From assembly GCA_000002445.1 (NCBI GenBank), contig CP000069.1, forward strand, positions 832,001-896,000: a stretch of 64,000 bases of DNA, written 5' to 3'. Below the pieces are notes generated by a model. The model had not been told where the DNA came from. It did not search any database and worked only from the letters and a program-made list of their open reading frames with translations. A program made the translations under genes and the position numbers. The DNA is from Trypanosoma brucei. Lineage: Eukaryota. This document shows, piece by piece, positions 10,490 to 22,069 of the stretch (positions are counted from its first letter, which is position 1; each line of letters starts with the position of its first letter).

Positions 10490-12064
10490 ATGGCACTGTC
10501 ATTTACCGATCCGCTAGTAGAACTACAGTCCGTTTCATTCCAATATCCACCACATAATCTCACAGCGATACAAGGGGTCGTGGCCCAAGGAAGGATTTAT
10601 GATATAACTTTTCAACTTAATAGCGGCGATCGGGTACTGGTAGTTGGACACAATGGAAGTGGGAAATCAACACTTCTTTCTGTTGTCGGTGGACGTCGTA
10701 AGGCAGCACAAGGTAAGATTACGGTTCTTGGTACTGATGCATTTGAAGACACAAGAGTTCAACAACATGTCTCTCTTATCGCGGACCCATGGCCGCCAGA
10801 AGCTTTTTTTGGCACAACTGTCGACAAACTGGCTTCTCCTGCCCAGCAACAGGAGCGCAAGGAACGCATTGCCAGAATTCTACACCTTTCGTTGCAACGG
10901 TCTGTAGAGCATATGAGTACTGGGGAAAAGCGTCGGGTACAAATTCTACACGGCATGCTTGGGAAGAGTGCGGTGTATTTGCTTGATGAATGTAGCACTG
11001 ATGTCGATGTCGCGGAGAGGAAAGCGGTGCTTGATCTGATACAAGCGGAGTGTATTGCAGAAAGCAGCTGCTGCATGTATGCCACTCATATCTTTGATGG
11101 TGTTGGTGATTGGGCGACGCATATTATGCTTATGCGTAACGGCACCATCGTTGAATTCAAGAAAATATCTGAGGTCACAGAACCACTAGAGTCTTTCACG
11201 TATAAATTTTTATCGAGGTCGCATGGAAAGTCGCTGAGTTTAACATCGCTTCCAGGTGTCGAAGGCGAAACGAACGGAGCGAGCAATATGGCCAAGGCGG
11301 AAGAAGCCAAGGTCTATAACTCTGCTGCTTCGATTGAGACAAAAGAAGCCGTTATTGTTTGTGAGGGTCTTAAGTTCAGGGATTTGTTTGATGGCCTTTC
11401 ATTTAAAGTCTACCGCGGGGAGCGAATGTTGTTGTGTGGTTGCAATGGTGTTGGCAAAAGCACACTGCTCAATATGATGGGTGGTTCACAGTACTTTAAC
11501 AATACCGATGGGGCACTTCGAATCCTCGGTAAGGTCTGCTTTGAGGATATGTCACTAAATGCTTCCATCGCATTAGCTGGAAACTGGTGGGCATCTGCTC
11601 CCCCATGTGAAGTTTATGTGCGAGAAATGGTTGACCTTAATACGCCGCGTGCAAAGCATCTGTGCGAGCTGCTTGCTGTCAATTTAAATTGGGACGTGCG
11701 TTACCTTTCTGCTGGTGAGCTAAAACGGGTGCAGTTGCTTCTTCGCCTCCAGGAAGAGCGACCCATCGTTCTGCTTGATGAAGCAACATCCAACCTTGAC
11801 CTCGATATGCGCCACGCCCTGCTGTCATTTCTGTACAGTGAAAGTGTCAATCGCGGCGTTACAGTAATTTATGTTACGCACATCTTCGGTGGGCTTCAGG
11901 AATGGCCAACAGTTGTTATGATGTTGGACCGCAGTCGCCGTGGACTACATGCCACATGGGGAAGGAGCGGCGGTAACGTCGATAAATGTGGCGTCAGTAT
12001 GGACCGCATTGTAGAGGAACTTATAATGCTGAAATCAAAAGAGCACGTGAACGTAATCGTGTGA
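10490..12064 (+). CDS. soluble ABC-type ATPase with two nucleotide-binding domains and no transmembrane domain (CAF16-like)
   Basis: Walker A VVGHNGSGKSTLLSVVGG; signature LSTGEKRRVQIL; Walker B VYLLDECSTDVD. A second NBD has LCGCNGVGKSTLLNMMGG, LSAGELKRVQLL and VLLDEATSNLD. There is no hydrophobic membrane-spanning region. Confidence 0.8.
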   Translation: MALSFTDPLVELQSVSFQYPPHNLTAIQGVVAQGRIYDITFQLNSGDRVLVVGHNGSGKSTLLSVVGGRRKAAQGKITVLGTDAFEDTRVQQHVSLIADPWPPEAFFGTTVDKLASPAQQQERKERIARILHLSLQRSVEHMSTGEKRRVQILHGMLGKSAVYLLDECSTDVDVAERKAVLDLIQAECIAESSCCMYATHIFDGVGDWATHIMLMRNGTIVEFKKISEVTEPLESFTYKFLSRSHGKSLSLTSLPGVEGETNGASNMAKAEEAKVYNSAASIETKEAVIVCEGLKFRDLFDGLSFKVYRGERMLLCGCNGVGKSTLLNMMGGSQYFNNTDGALRILGKVCFEDMSLNASIALAGNWWASAPPCEVYVREMVDLNTPRAKHLCELLAVNLNWDVRYLSAGELKRVQLLLRLQEERPIVLLDEATSNLDLDMRHALLSFLYSESVNRGVTVIYVTHIFGGLQEWPTVVMMLDRSRRGLHATWGRSGGNVDKCGVSMDRIVEELIMLKSKEHVNVIV

Positions 12065-12492
12065 TGACAGTAGCGTAACAACAGGAAGTAACATAATCCC
12101 TCACATGTGGTTACCGCTCACTATGTTTGTGAGTTCTTTTTTACATTTCTTTAACGACATCATCTTTTCGGTTACCGACCGCGGTTTTGTTCTTCTTACA
12201 TTTCCTATGTTAATGTGACTGTGCTCGAACACTTTCGATGTGGCTTTATCATAAAATAACTATCTCTTTCTTTTTTTTTTTTGCGTGGTATCACGACTTA
12301 GATTAATATTTCCTTATTGCCTACCTTCTTCATCTTATGGAGTTGTTTAATGCCATAGTGGTTCGCTGTCGTACCACATAAGATTTGACCCCCTTTCTTT
12401 TTTCCTTTGTGCTTGCTGTTCAAAAAGGACCTTAGGCTGCAGATATAAACTCAGAGATTATTTATATATTTTGTGATTCTGAGCAACTGCGA

Positions 12493-13257
12493 ATGACTCA
12501 CAGGACGGCGGAAACGGGAGGCAAATCCAAACATCCACTGAGATCTTCAAATGGTGGTTACCTCTGTTCGCCCTTCACTTTGCAGCCTGCGTTTGAGACC
12601 ATGGCAGAGAAGTACACGGTACGCGATGGAAAAGGCAGCAGCGGCCGCCTCAATTCCGCGAGGGAGGTTGATGATGATGGTGGGCCTGGTCGCCCATGGA
12701 TGCGTGCGGGAGTAGGCGCCAAAACAATGAGTGCAAAGGAGCGCCGCCAACAGCAGCAGGAGGCGGAGCGTATTTATGGTCCCAGCTCTTATATCGCTGA
12801 TGGAGAGGATGAACTTCTTAACTCTTCAGGTAAAACAAGTAGTGCACCTGTGTTTGCTATAAGCTCGTGGGAGAAGGCTGCGTTGCAGAGTGTTATTCCG
12901 CGAGGAATGCGGCAGAGAAATGGTAAACAAGGAGAGAGAAATAATAGCGATTCGGCTGTCCTAACAAAAGAAGTTGAAGAAGATGAGAGAGTCCTAAAGG
13001 GAGCAGAGCAACAGTCTTCATTGATAGTTGAAAAGAAGAGAAGAAGCGACGAGAAGGATATTTTACCGGCGAGGGTTCGCCGTCGTAAAGAGTCAGCTGG
13101 AAGTGAGTGTCACGACGGTTGCAACGGGAGCTCAGCAAATGTTTTGGCTCTGCAGGCGAAGAAGCCAATAAATAAACTCCAAATGCTAGATCAGATGCGA
13201 GATGCCGCTCTATTTGGAAAGAAAAAGAAGGGCCTTCTAACTGGGCAGTTAGCATGA
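12493..13257 (+). CDS. hypothetical charged (K/R/E-rich) protein; possible nucleolar/RNA-associated
   Basis: ATG-initiated 254-aa ORF on the coding strand, with an alternative ATG at 12601 (MAEKYTV). Basic tracts KKRRSDEKD, RVRRRKES and FGKKKKG. No recognised domain. Confidence 0.4.
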   Translation: MTHRTAETGGKSKHPLRSSNGGYLCSPFTLQPAFETMAEKYTVRDGKGSSGRLNSAREVDDDGGPGRPWMRAGVGAKTMSAKERRQQQQEAERIYGPSSYIADGEDELLNSSGKTSSAPVFAISSWEKAALQSVIPRGMRQRNGKQGERNNSDSAVLTKEVEEDERVLKGAEQQSSLIVEKKRRSDEKDILPARVRRRKESAGSECHDGCNGSSANVLALQAKKPINKLQMLDQMRDAALFGKKKKGLLTGQLA

Positions 13258-13780
13258 GGACCTTTTGGTTACGCTAAAACCTTTGTCTTCCTAATTAATT
13301 GTATTTCTCCTTTTACTTGTACTTGTTCCCACCATGTGGATTACTTTAGCGGAATTTTTTTCCCTACCTCTGTTCCTATTCTTTTTTTATTTTTTATATA
13401 GTGAGTAGTAACGGTTGAATGTGCGGAGGAAAGAAGCTCTTTTCAATAATTAAATGATAAGGTTGAGCGCACATATAGCATAGTTTTGTGTTTATACGAG
13501 TTTACGCATGCAAAATTGTTTAATGTTATTCCGTGTTTATATTTTCTGTTTCGGGAAGACTGTTAATATCGTTGGAAGATACTGCCATCGGAAGTACTGA
13601 ATTATCAAAGGTGCGCAACGGCTTAGGTAAACAGTACTTACTCTGACTGAAAGATACATGCTTTTACTGTTGAGAAGGGGAGGCATATCAACTTTTCATT
13701 TATGTCGCGTTGTGTACGGTGGGAGCAGGTAGGAAAGTAAGAATTGAGAACAGTTGTGTATAAGTGTGTCTGTGTGTGTA

Positions 13781-13817
13781 TAAATAAATAAATAAATATA
13801 TATATATATATATATAT
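13781..13817. repeat. (TAAA)n followed by (TA)n compound microsatellite
   Basis: taaataaataaataaatatatatatatatatatatat in the spacer before the TBC gene. Confidence 0.85.
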
Positions 13818-14160
13818 TTATGTGTTACGTGTCTGCATGGAAAAGTTGAAGTTTCGGGAGAGATGCAAGTGGTGTGCACCAGAGTAACTAATGGTGCTGC
13901 ATTGGGATGCCGGTGGAAAAGGGATGTTTCGTTTGCGGAGCCGGTGTGGCGGTGTTGAAAAATGACACGGTAAGTATCGTTTTTTTTCCCCCCCTCAGTA
14001 AATATCATGATTGGTCGAACCTTAATGCGATGGTTGGAGGTGCTTATCTATTACGTGAAGTTGCTGTTGGACAACCAGTTCTGTTGAACCTCCTTTTATT
14101 TGTATTTTCCCAAAGTACCTTCCCGGTTCATTGCGATTGTTTATGGTGTACTTGAACTAC

Positions 14161-14262
14161 TATTCCCCATTAACTACCATTTTTTTTATTTCTCCATTTT
14201 TCTTTTTTTTTTTTTTAACTGGTGCTTACTTTTTTTTTCTTTTTTTTTTCTTAACACCAACG
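14161..14262 (+). promoter_or_regulatory. polypyrimidine tract / trans-splice acceptor region upstream of the TBC RabGAP gene
   Basis: About 100 nt of almost pure T/C (ttttttttatttctccatttttcttttttttttttttaactggtgcttactttttttttctttttttttt) ending about 75 nt before the ATG at 14338. Assigned as a trans-splice acceptor from established trypanosomatid mRNA processing. Confidence 0.55.
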
Positions 14263-14337
14263 TTACGTACTCATACGCCCACAAAAATTTTATTATTCAT
14301 TTTCCGCACTATCAAGTCGTGGAATCAGTTACTGTAG

Positions 14338-15684
14338 ATGCTCCAACGCGGTTTGGAAGCGGTGCTGCGCCAGTTTACAGCTGCTGATGAACGAGGTGCA
14401 GACAACACAAAGAACAAAGTGAGTGTTGAATGTTTGCAGGCACGCAGCAGTGAGGTTCGTAACTGTGAGAGTACAACAGATACAGCAGAAAAGAAGTCAA
14501 AGGCGCATCACGAGGAGGAATCCAGATATGACGAGGAATTCGTGCGAGATATATTGTCACGTGACCCCGTCCCCATCGATGAACTGCGCGGTTTAAGTCG
14601 AAGTGGTTGTCCCGCTGGTTTTCGTTACGAGGTGTGGTGTTACTTGACTGGGCACCTTCAACCATCGAGCCTGAACCGTGCTGCAGTTCTTACGCGTAAG
14701 CGACAGGAATATGTGGGATACATGCAAAGCAGTTACGGGTCTACTGACTGGGATGCTGCTTTTGCAGCAGTGGGAGATTCGGTAGGTAATGCGCCTGGCG
14801 GGGAATCTGGCAGTGGTGGTTCATCTCTCTGGCCTTCCTTTCGCAGTGGGGCTTCCGGTTTCGGTTCTTCTTCCTTGAACACTCCCAGTGACTCGGAGCT
14901 TTCAATATTGAAACAAATTCGAAAGGATATTCCGCGTATGGCAGCTGGTTTGGCATTTCTTAGCAACAGGCGAGTAATGTTGTCTGTGGAACGCTGCTTG
15001 TACATATGGGCACTACGTCATCCCGCCTGCGGTTATGTGCAAGGAATGGATGATTTTACAATTCCGTTTATTAGTGTTGTACTGGCAAATAGGGTTTGTA
15101 GGACAAAGACAGTGGCAGATCTCTACACACTTGATCCCGAGGAGGTGGGTGCGCTACTTTCTGTGGAGGTGATTAGTGACGAGGAATGGGTGAGTACCAT
15201 TGAAGCGGATACATATTGGATGGTTTCCTACTTCCTAAGCGCTATTCAAGAGAACTATACGTACGACCAGCGCGGTTTGCATAGCATGGTGGAGAAACTG
15301 GAAGCTGTTGTTCGAGCAGTAAATGTGAAACTTTATAACCACCTCAGGAATGATCTGCAAATTGACTTTAAGCAGTTTTCATTTAGGTGGATGAATTGCC
15401 TACTTTTGCGTGAGCTTAATGCTACACAAGTACTACGCTTGTGGGATGCATATCTCGCTGATGAGGAAAAGGATTGGTGCACCACTCATGTTTACACATG
15501 CGCCGCATTTCTGCAATGGTGGTCAGCTGCGCTTCTACAGGAAAATGATTATTGCGTTGCAATAAAGTTTTTGCAAAATCTTCCTTCCAATGAACTGAGT
15601 GACCGCGATATCAGCGCAATTGTTTCGCAGGGAATAGTCATGCAAAAATTGTACAATAGCGCCCTTGCACATCTCGCGCAGTAG
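14338..15684 (+). CDS. TBC-domain Rab GTPase-activating protein
   Basis: Arg-finger motif ILKQIRKDIPRM (IxxDxxR) and Gln-finger motif YVQGMDDF (YxQ) at the expected spacing. A long polypyrimidine tract at 14161-14262 precedes the ATG. Confidence 0.8.
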   Translation: MLQRGLEAVLRQFTAADERGADNTKNKVSVECLQARSSEVRNCESTTDTAEKKSKAHHEEESRYDEEFVRDILSRDPVPIDELRGLSRSGCPAGFRYEVWCYLTGHLQPSSLNRAAVLTRKRQEYVGYMQSSYGSTDWDAAFAAVGDSVGNAPGGESGSGGSSLWPSFRSGASGFGSSSLNTPSDSELSILKQIRKDIPRMAAGLAFLSNRRVMLSVERCLYIWALRHPACGYVQGMDDFTIPFISVVLANRVCRTKTVADLYTLDPEEVGALLSVEVISDEEWVSTIEADTYWMVSYFLSAIQENYTYDQRGLHSMVEKLEAVVRAVNVKLYNHLRNDLQIDFKQFSFRWMNCLLLRELNATQVLRLWDAYLADEEKDWCTTHVYTCAAFLQWWSAALLQENDYCVAIKFLQNLPSNELSDRDISAIVSQGIVMQKLYNSALAHLAQ

Positions 15685-17223
15685 CAAATGAGTTGATTGT
15701 TTTAAAAATAAAAATAAAACAAAGCGAGGGATTTGAAAAGAGGAATGCTGAATTTACGGCTCATGATGAAATGAAATGAAACTGGGTGATTGAGTGTAAA
15801 ATGGCGAAAGTTAAGGGGGGACGAGGAGAATTTATATAGTGTTGTAACCTTTTCAATGCAATGCATTCAAGTAAGATGTTGGGTTTCCAACGACTACGAC
15901 GATGCGAAAGCCAGTAGATGGGGTGCATGAAATAGAAAAATTAATGAACCAACTTTTTGTTTCTATTTTCCTCTCCTCTCCTCTCTTGTTTCTTTTTTTT
16001 TTTGCTCTGCTGTTACCCTTATTTGAGGTATTTTCTTTTGATATCTTTTTGATTTTCCTTTCGTCCCTTTAATTTTATCCAGTTATTCCGAACTTGCGCA
16101 TCGTTTTGCTTCATTTCACTTAACCGTACTTTTTTCATCTACTTTTGTGGATGCATTTCTTTTTTTTGTTATTGTTGCAGTTCCACCACATCCCCGTCTC
16201 CCATTTCATCTATGTTTTTTTTCCATTTTTTTTTCTACCTTTTAACCCCGTCTGGTATTACACTCCAGATGCTACTATGCTCGATTGGTCATTATGATAT
16301 ATTGGCCCTTGTTGTTGCTACAGTTGCCGTTGTTTCTGTTTTTATTCATTGTGACCGGCAGCATCATCGAGTTTATGAAATGCAAATGTATCTTATGTGC
16401 TTTTACTCTTTGTTTGTTAGCGGTTCAGGTGCTTGTTCAAATACAAAAAAAATAAATAAGGAAAAATATATCTTTTATTCTATCAAGGGAAATTTGTCGT
16501 TCTCTTGAAGGTGTTTACGTCTGTTGCTCACATAAAAAGTTTTATGACTTGCTGTCGGATGGTGAAGGTCTTTGATTCAGTGGTCCTGTCGTGTGTTTTT
16601 TTTTTTTGCTTATCGTTGTTGCAACTGCTTATTCGTACTTTGTGGCGGTCAACGCGGTAAGGCGATCTGAAACCTCTTCAAAAGAAAAGGTAAAAGAAGG
16701 GGAAGATGTTAAGGGAAAGGGGGAAAGTTTTCCGCACGCACGTTTGTGATGTAATGTTTCATTTATTAATTTTTCTTTGTTATATATTTCCTCCTCTCTT
16801 TCTTTTTACTTCTTTGTGTTGGCACGACAGTGTGAGGATGATAATAACACCATTAGAGTTAACAATAATACGACTTTTGGGGTGCCTCTCCGATGTGTGT
16901 AATAATATTCATTCTTCATAATGTGCGTCAAATATGCTTTAGTGATATGTTGCTTTTCTATTTATACTTTTATTTCTCTTTACAATTGGACATAGACACA
17001 ATAATATTACCGAATTCCGTTACATTCCACAGTATAAGTGGTGACGGGGAGAGGTGGTGCAGTTGTGCTACACTTCGCTTGAGTGGATCTTTAAGAGTAA
17101 TATAGTAATAATAAGTAATAAAGTAATTTAATTTTTTTTTAAAATAAAAACAAAGGATAGGGAAAGAGTGACAGGAAATTTTTTGTGAAATTCACAGTTT
17201 AGGTACCGAAGGGGGAGGAAGGG

Positions 17224-18660
17224 ATGGTCAAACTTGACGTCTCACTCCTTCGCTTTCTTGAAAATGAGGATTTTCGAGTGCTTACGGCGCTTGAAATGAC
17301 TATGCGAAATCATGATGTGGCTCCTACTGCACTCATTGAGCGAATTGCGCAACTTCCACACGGCGGGTGCCGCAAACGACTACAGAACCTTCTTAAACAC
17401 AAAATGATTCACCACGAAAACACCATGTATGACGGGTTTGCCATGAAGTACACCGCATACGATTATTTGGCGCTTAGCACGTTGAGCAAACGTGGCACTG
17501 TTGCGGGTGTAGGCCACCGCATTGGTTGTGGGAAGGAATCTGATATTATCCTCGTTCAAGACGAAGCGGGTCGTGAGTGTGTGCTGAAGCTTCAACGCCT
17601 CGGCCGCTGTAGTTTTCGTACTGTCAGTCGTAACCGCGATTATAAAAATGGACGGCGTCGGCATGGTGAGAGTTGGTTTTATCTTTCACGTCTGGCGGCA
17701 GAGAAGGAGTATGCATTCATGCGAACTCTTTATGACGAAGGTTTCCCAGTGCCTAAACCAATTGATCAAAACAGACATGCTCTGCTAATGGAGTTAGTGG
17801 GCGGAACGACCCTTAACAACATTAACGTTTTGGGTGATGCCGAGTTGGTATATCGTCGTTGTCTTGATCTGATGGTAAAACTTGCTGAGCATGGCCTTAT
17901 CCATGGTGATTTTAACGAGTTTAACCTTATGGTAACCGAAGAATTACGAGTGATTGTTATAGACTTTCCGCAGATGGTGTCGACCAATCATCCCAACGCT
18001 AGTGATTTGTTTGATCGGGACGTTCATAATCTTGCCAATTTTTTTCATCGTCGTTTTAAAGTAAAAACGTTGTTTTACCCGACGCTTGAGAACGACGTTA
18101 TTCGTAAAGGAGATTTGGATCGTGTGGTGTTTGCAAGCGGATGCTTCAGCAGGAAACAGCAAAGTGAACTCGAACGACTACTGGAGGCCCAACAGGTAAT
18201 TGAAGCCGATGAAACCGAGAGTGAAAGCGGTGGCGAAGAGGACAATACAGAGGAGAAACGCGTAAAAGAACCGGTGGAAGTGGAAGGAAATGATTCTGCT
18301 GAAAGGGATGCAGGTGCAAAAATTTCTTATGCAGACCTCGAAGTTGTATGTGATGAGGCAAAAACAGGAGAGGATGATAGTGAAGTAGGGGATGAAGAAT
18401 CCGATAGCGATGCGCGCTCCATTGACAGTGCAATAAATGTGGCTGCTCAACAGCGTAGGCAGCAGCACTTGAATCCGAACTACCTCCCAGATGGTACTCT
18501 TAATGAATCGCACGTACGGTCGGAAGTTAGACGTCGCATTCGTCGAAAAGATAATCAACAGTTCGACAAGGGTCTCCACCGTAACGTGCAGAAAGGACGT
18601 CAAAAGCAGAAAATACGTAGGAAACTGAAGCATGCGGAAAATGAAGGACTCTTTGACTAA
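17224..18660 (+). CDS. RIO2: RIO2 atypical serine kinase (40S ribosomal subunit maturation)
   Basis: N-terminal winged-helix FRVLTALEMTMRNHDVAPTALIERIAQL. RIO-domain motifs GCGKESDIILV, LIHGDFNEFNLMV and VIDFPQMVSTNHPNA. Acidic, S-rich C-terminal tail. Confidence 0.85.
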   Translation: MVKLDVSLLRFLENEDFRVLTALEMTMRNHDVAPTALIERIAQLPHGGCRKRLQNLLKHKMIHHENTMYDGFAMKYTAYDYLALSTLSKRGTVAGVGHRIGCGKESDIILVQDEAGRECVLKLQRLGRCSFRTVSRNRDYKNGRRRHGESWFYLSRLAAEKEYAFMRTLYDEGFPVPKPIDQNRHALLMELVGGTTLNNINVLGDAELVYRRCLDLMVKLAEHGLIHGDFNEFNLMVTEELRVIVIDFPQMVSTNHPNASDLFDRDVHNLANFFHRRFKVKTLFYPTLENDVIRKGDLDRVVFASGCFSRKQQSELERLLEAQQVIEADETESESGGEEDNTEEKRVKEPVEVEGNDSAERDAGAKISYADLEVVCDEAKTGEDDSEVGDEESDSDARSIDSAINVAAQQRRQQHLNPNYLPDGTLNESHVRSEVRRRIRRKDNQQFDKGLHRNVQKGRQKQKIRRKLKHAENEGLFD

Positions 18661-19666
18661 TATTTGTTAGGGGATGGAAGGCATTTTTGTTTTTGGTTCC
18701 GTTAGGGAACCAACTATTTGTTCCCTTTTCCTCATCCCTTTTTTTTGTCTTCTGTCGACGCTGAGTCATACGCACACCCCACTGGAACTCAAAACGGTTA
18801 AAAGGTAAAATTAAACAGAAGTACGGTTGAACCTCTGGCACGCAGAGGAGAAAGGTGTGAGCAAGTATGTGATAGTACAAAGGAGTGTGCGGATGAAGGG
18901 GAATGTAAGTAAATAATTTAATTTATTTACGGACCTGTATTATGGGTATTTCCGTAACTTGTGGTAGTAACGAAGAAAGTTAACATCATTTTACCTATTG
19001 CTTCACATCACTTCACACCTGAATTAAAAAAACTGCTTGTATTTAGGAGTGTGGGTGCTCTTTCTACACATTCCTAATACTTCCCACTTTCTCAGACTGT
19101 TCCACATCTTGGAGTTTTGTACTTCATCCTTTTCTTCCTCTCTTCGATATATATATATTTTAAAAAAATTGTTTTGACTTGTAGTTATTTCGGCGATAAC
19201 GTTTCTAGATCTATAAAATAGCACTACACCTTTTTAGATTACAGTTTACATACACACACACACCTACTTTTTTTTTTTACGTTTTTAATTATTTATATAT
19301 TTTTTGGTTGGTTGATTTGAGTTTTCTTTTGTGCACGCAATCGCACGACGGAAGAAAACGTAAAAGCAAAACCGACTCTTTCATAAAACAAAAAAAAACA
19401 AAAAAATAATAACATTTTTTTTTCACTAGAAAACAGACCAAATCAGATACAAGGATAAAGAAAAAAGAGGGGGGAACGAAGAAGCAAGGGAACAGCTACA
19501 GTAAAGAAAGACACTCTCGTTCGCAGTTGCAAGTGAGGAGCCATATATAAAAATACTTTCTATAAATTAAAGCCAGAAACAAGGAAAGAAGTGAAAGAAA
19601 AATAGCAATAGCAATAGCAATAGCAAGAACACACAGAGACGCTACAAGTTTGTTTTTCCAATAGAA

Positions 19667-21349
19667 ATGTCCCACTTTCAGCCTTCGCCGTGTTTCAATA
19701 CTTTTTCTTCGTTTCTGCAGGAAATCACAAACATCGGCAGCAGCGGCATAGACACGGAGAATAAGGAGAACATCCCACCGGGATCTTTTGGTCGGTTGAA
19801 TGACGGTAAGGGAGGTTGCCGACGTAATAGCAGTCATACCTGCTTTCGTAAGCAGCAACAACACCAGGAACAGCATCAGCAGCAACAGTTTCATAATATT
19901 CCCCGAGTGAATGATTGTTGCACGCCTATGAAAGAGGTTACATATCAGCAACAACAATGCCATACAGGACTAACACCAGGAAATAAATATATGATGAACT
20001 CGGCAAACAGAGATTACCCCGTAGGCATGAATGGAATTGATTTCCTGCTTTTAGATGAGAGTGACGTCTTTGACGGAAGGGATAACGGCTTCTTCACTCC
20101 AAATGTGAAGCGTCAAGGGGGAGTAACGGGCAACCACGGAAAGGTCTCGGAACTGTTTCACGAAAGCATGGAAGCACCTAGGCTAGCACGTAACCTAAAT
20201 GATAGCATAGAGGGGGTTCCGCTTGTTGGCAACGTGCTGCAAGAGAGTGATGACGAGGATTGCCTTGATAGCTACCGCCCGACCGAAATGTCCTCGACGC
20301 AAATATTTAATCCACGGTTGCAGGGTCAAGAATCTCGGCACTGCCCGCAAGATCACTGCTCATATCAGAAGCAGGTACATCAACAACCAAGTGATCGATC
20401 ACATTTACTCGGTTCTGCCTGGTGCGAAACCGCTCCGCGTCCGAAACCCCAACCTGAGCGCAATCACACCGCCACGCGCGTTACTCACGGTACCACACCA
20501 TTGGTTGCAGTTGCTGGTAGGCGGGTACCTGTTGACAAACTACACCTTCTGCTTGGGGCTACCGCGCAGGATGGAGTGGATGGGCAGTCTGGTGCGCGAG
20601 ATGCTGTGAATACTGTGCCCCTTGTTCCTTCTTCCCGTCCTACACCTTCTGCTGCTCAAACATTTAAAGTTATTCCACTTGCGCGTCCCTCGGAACCGTC
20701 AGTATCGCCCTCACCGCTTGCAACAACGCCCCAGAATACTGTTGCTGGACCCACAACACGTCGTCTTGCATCGTCGTTATTCCATAAGGAAATGGTTGTT
20801 ATTGATTTCGGTAAAGGAAACATCATGCGGTTCAAACCTAACCCCGCTTTTCCACCTCCAGTACCGGGAAAGCGATACCTTGTTGCGGTACGCGCTAGCC
20901 GTAGTCCATACGATAATGTCGCATATAAGGATGCCGGATTGTGCTCTTATGTGCTTCGTCACCCAGCAGATGGTAGTGGATCTAATGGAACAAGTGCAAC
21001 AGCAAACATAACCATTACCAAATCATCGGGCGATGTGGAGCGCGGTATTTTCGATGGCAGCATTATTCGTTGTATGGACACCCCGGGGGATGCGGTGCAG
21101 CTTCAACTTCTTGCCGTAGAGCGTGAGGCCGCTATTGTGGAATGCCGAAAACACTTCAAATTCCTCAACCTTCCGTTTGAGCTTGTGGACGTGCACTACA
21201 CGTTCGATAGGACGATTTGTGTTGTGTATTACAACATACATCGCCAGGAGGGGACAAGCGGTCACCCCAACGTGTCTCGTCTCGTGAGGACGCTTCAATT
21301 CAGACTCAAATGCAAAGTACATTTAAAGGCGGACTTTTGCAGCGACTAA
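19667..21349 (+). CDS. PSP1 C-terminal-domain protein with Q/H-rich N-terminal region
   Basis: C-terminal KRYLVAVRASRSPYDNVAY...ERGIFDGSIIR...AVEREAAIVECRKHFKFLNLPFELVDVHYTFDRTICVVYYN...VRTLQFRLKCKVHL follows the PSP1 C-terminal pattern (EF-KxGR..Y, DRG.D.G, E..A...C, LPM.L.D.EYQFD..KLTFYF). N-terminal QQQHQEQHQQQQFHN low complexity. Confidence 0.55.
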   Translation: MSHFQPSPCFNTFSSFLQEITNIGSSGIDTENKENIPPGSFGRLNDGKGGCRRNSSHTCFRKQQQHQEQHQQQQFHNIPRVNDCCTPMKEVTYQQQQCHTGLTPGNKYMMNSANRDYPVGMNGIDFLLLDESDVFDGRDNGFFTPNVKRQGGVTGNHGKVSELFHESMEAPRLARNLNDSIEGVPLVGNVLQESDDEDCLDSYRPTEMSSTQIFNPRLQGQESRHCPQDHCSYQKQVHQQPSDRSHLLGSAWCETAPRPKPQPERNHTATRVTHGTTPLVAVAGRRVPVDKLHLLLGATAQDGVDGQSGARDAVNTVPLVPSSRPTPSAAQTFKVIPLARPSEPSVSPSPLATTPQNTVAGPTTRRLASSLFHKEMVVIDFGKGNIMRFKPNPAFPPPVPGKRYLVAVRASRSPYDNVAYKDAGLCSYVLRHPADGSGSNGTSATANITITKSSGDVERGIFDGSIIRCMDTPGDAVQLQLLAVEREAAIVECRKHFKFLNLPFELVDVHYTFDRTICVVYYNIHRQEGTSGHPNVSRLVRTLQFRLKCKVHLKADFCSD

Positions 21350-21384
21350 TGTGCGGCGTCACTTCTTTTGCAGTTACGCATATT

Positions 21385-21419
21385 GGGAGGGAGAGGGAGA
21401 GGGAGAGGGAGAGAGAAGG
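21385..21419. repeat. (GGGAGA)n purine microsatellite
   Basis: gggagggagagggagagggagagggagagagaagg, about 35 nt after the PSP1 gene stop. Confidence 0.85.
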
Positions 21420-21800
21420 TTTCAATGACTGCAAAAGTCCGTTAGTTTATAATTATTGTTGGTGGTGGTGGCTTTTTTTTTTTTTTTTTGCTGTTGTTGG
21501 TATTGTTGATGTTGCTTTTATTTTGGTTTGATAAAAATTTTTTTTTCTTTGAACGTCATAAACAGTACCCAGGACGAAGGAAGTAAATGCTTAGAAGGGA
21601 AATGAAAATAGATAACAATGAAGTGGAAGAGGCAATCACGAAATGAAAAATTGACGTTGAAGAAGATTCTAAAAAAAAAAAAGAGAAAAGGGGAAATGAA
21701 GGAGGTAAAATGTGAAAGAAAGAAGGAAGGACATTAAAATAAAAAAATAGCAGCGGCTCTGAAACTCACGATTTTGAAGTCGTTTTACCCTTGTGGAATG

Positions 21801-21822
21801 CACACACACACACACACACACA
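21801..21822. repeat. (CA)11 microsatellite
   Basis: cacacacacacacacacacaca. A second (CA)9 lies at 25178-25195. Confidence 0.85.
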
Positions 21823-22069
21823 GAAAATATTCCAGCAGGAACTCTGAGAGTTGTGAGAGGAATATGTTTATATTTGTTTATTTGTTTTTTTTTTGGAGGG
21901 GGGTTGGAGGCAGAAGAAAGGATGGAAGTTCTTAAATTGTTCTTCTCTTCTCTCTTGTACTTCCTCAATATATACATATGACTATCAGATTCTCACATGC
22001 ATATTAATGGAAGTCGTGAACACATTAGAAATTTAGCTTCATACTTCTTTATGCGCATTTTTTTTTTTT

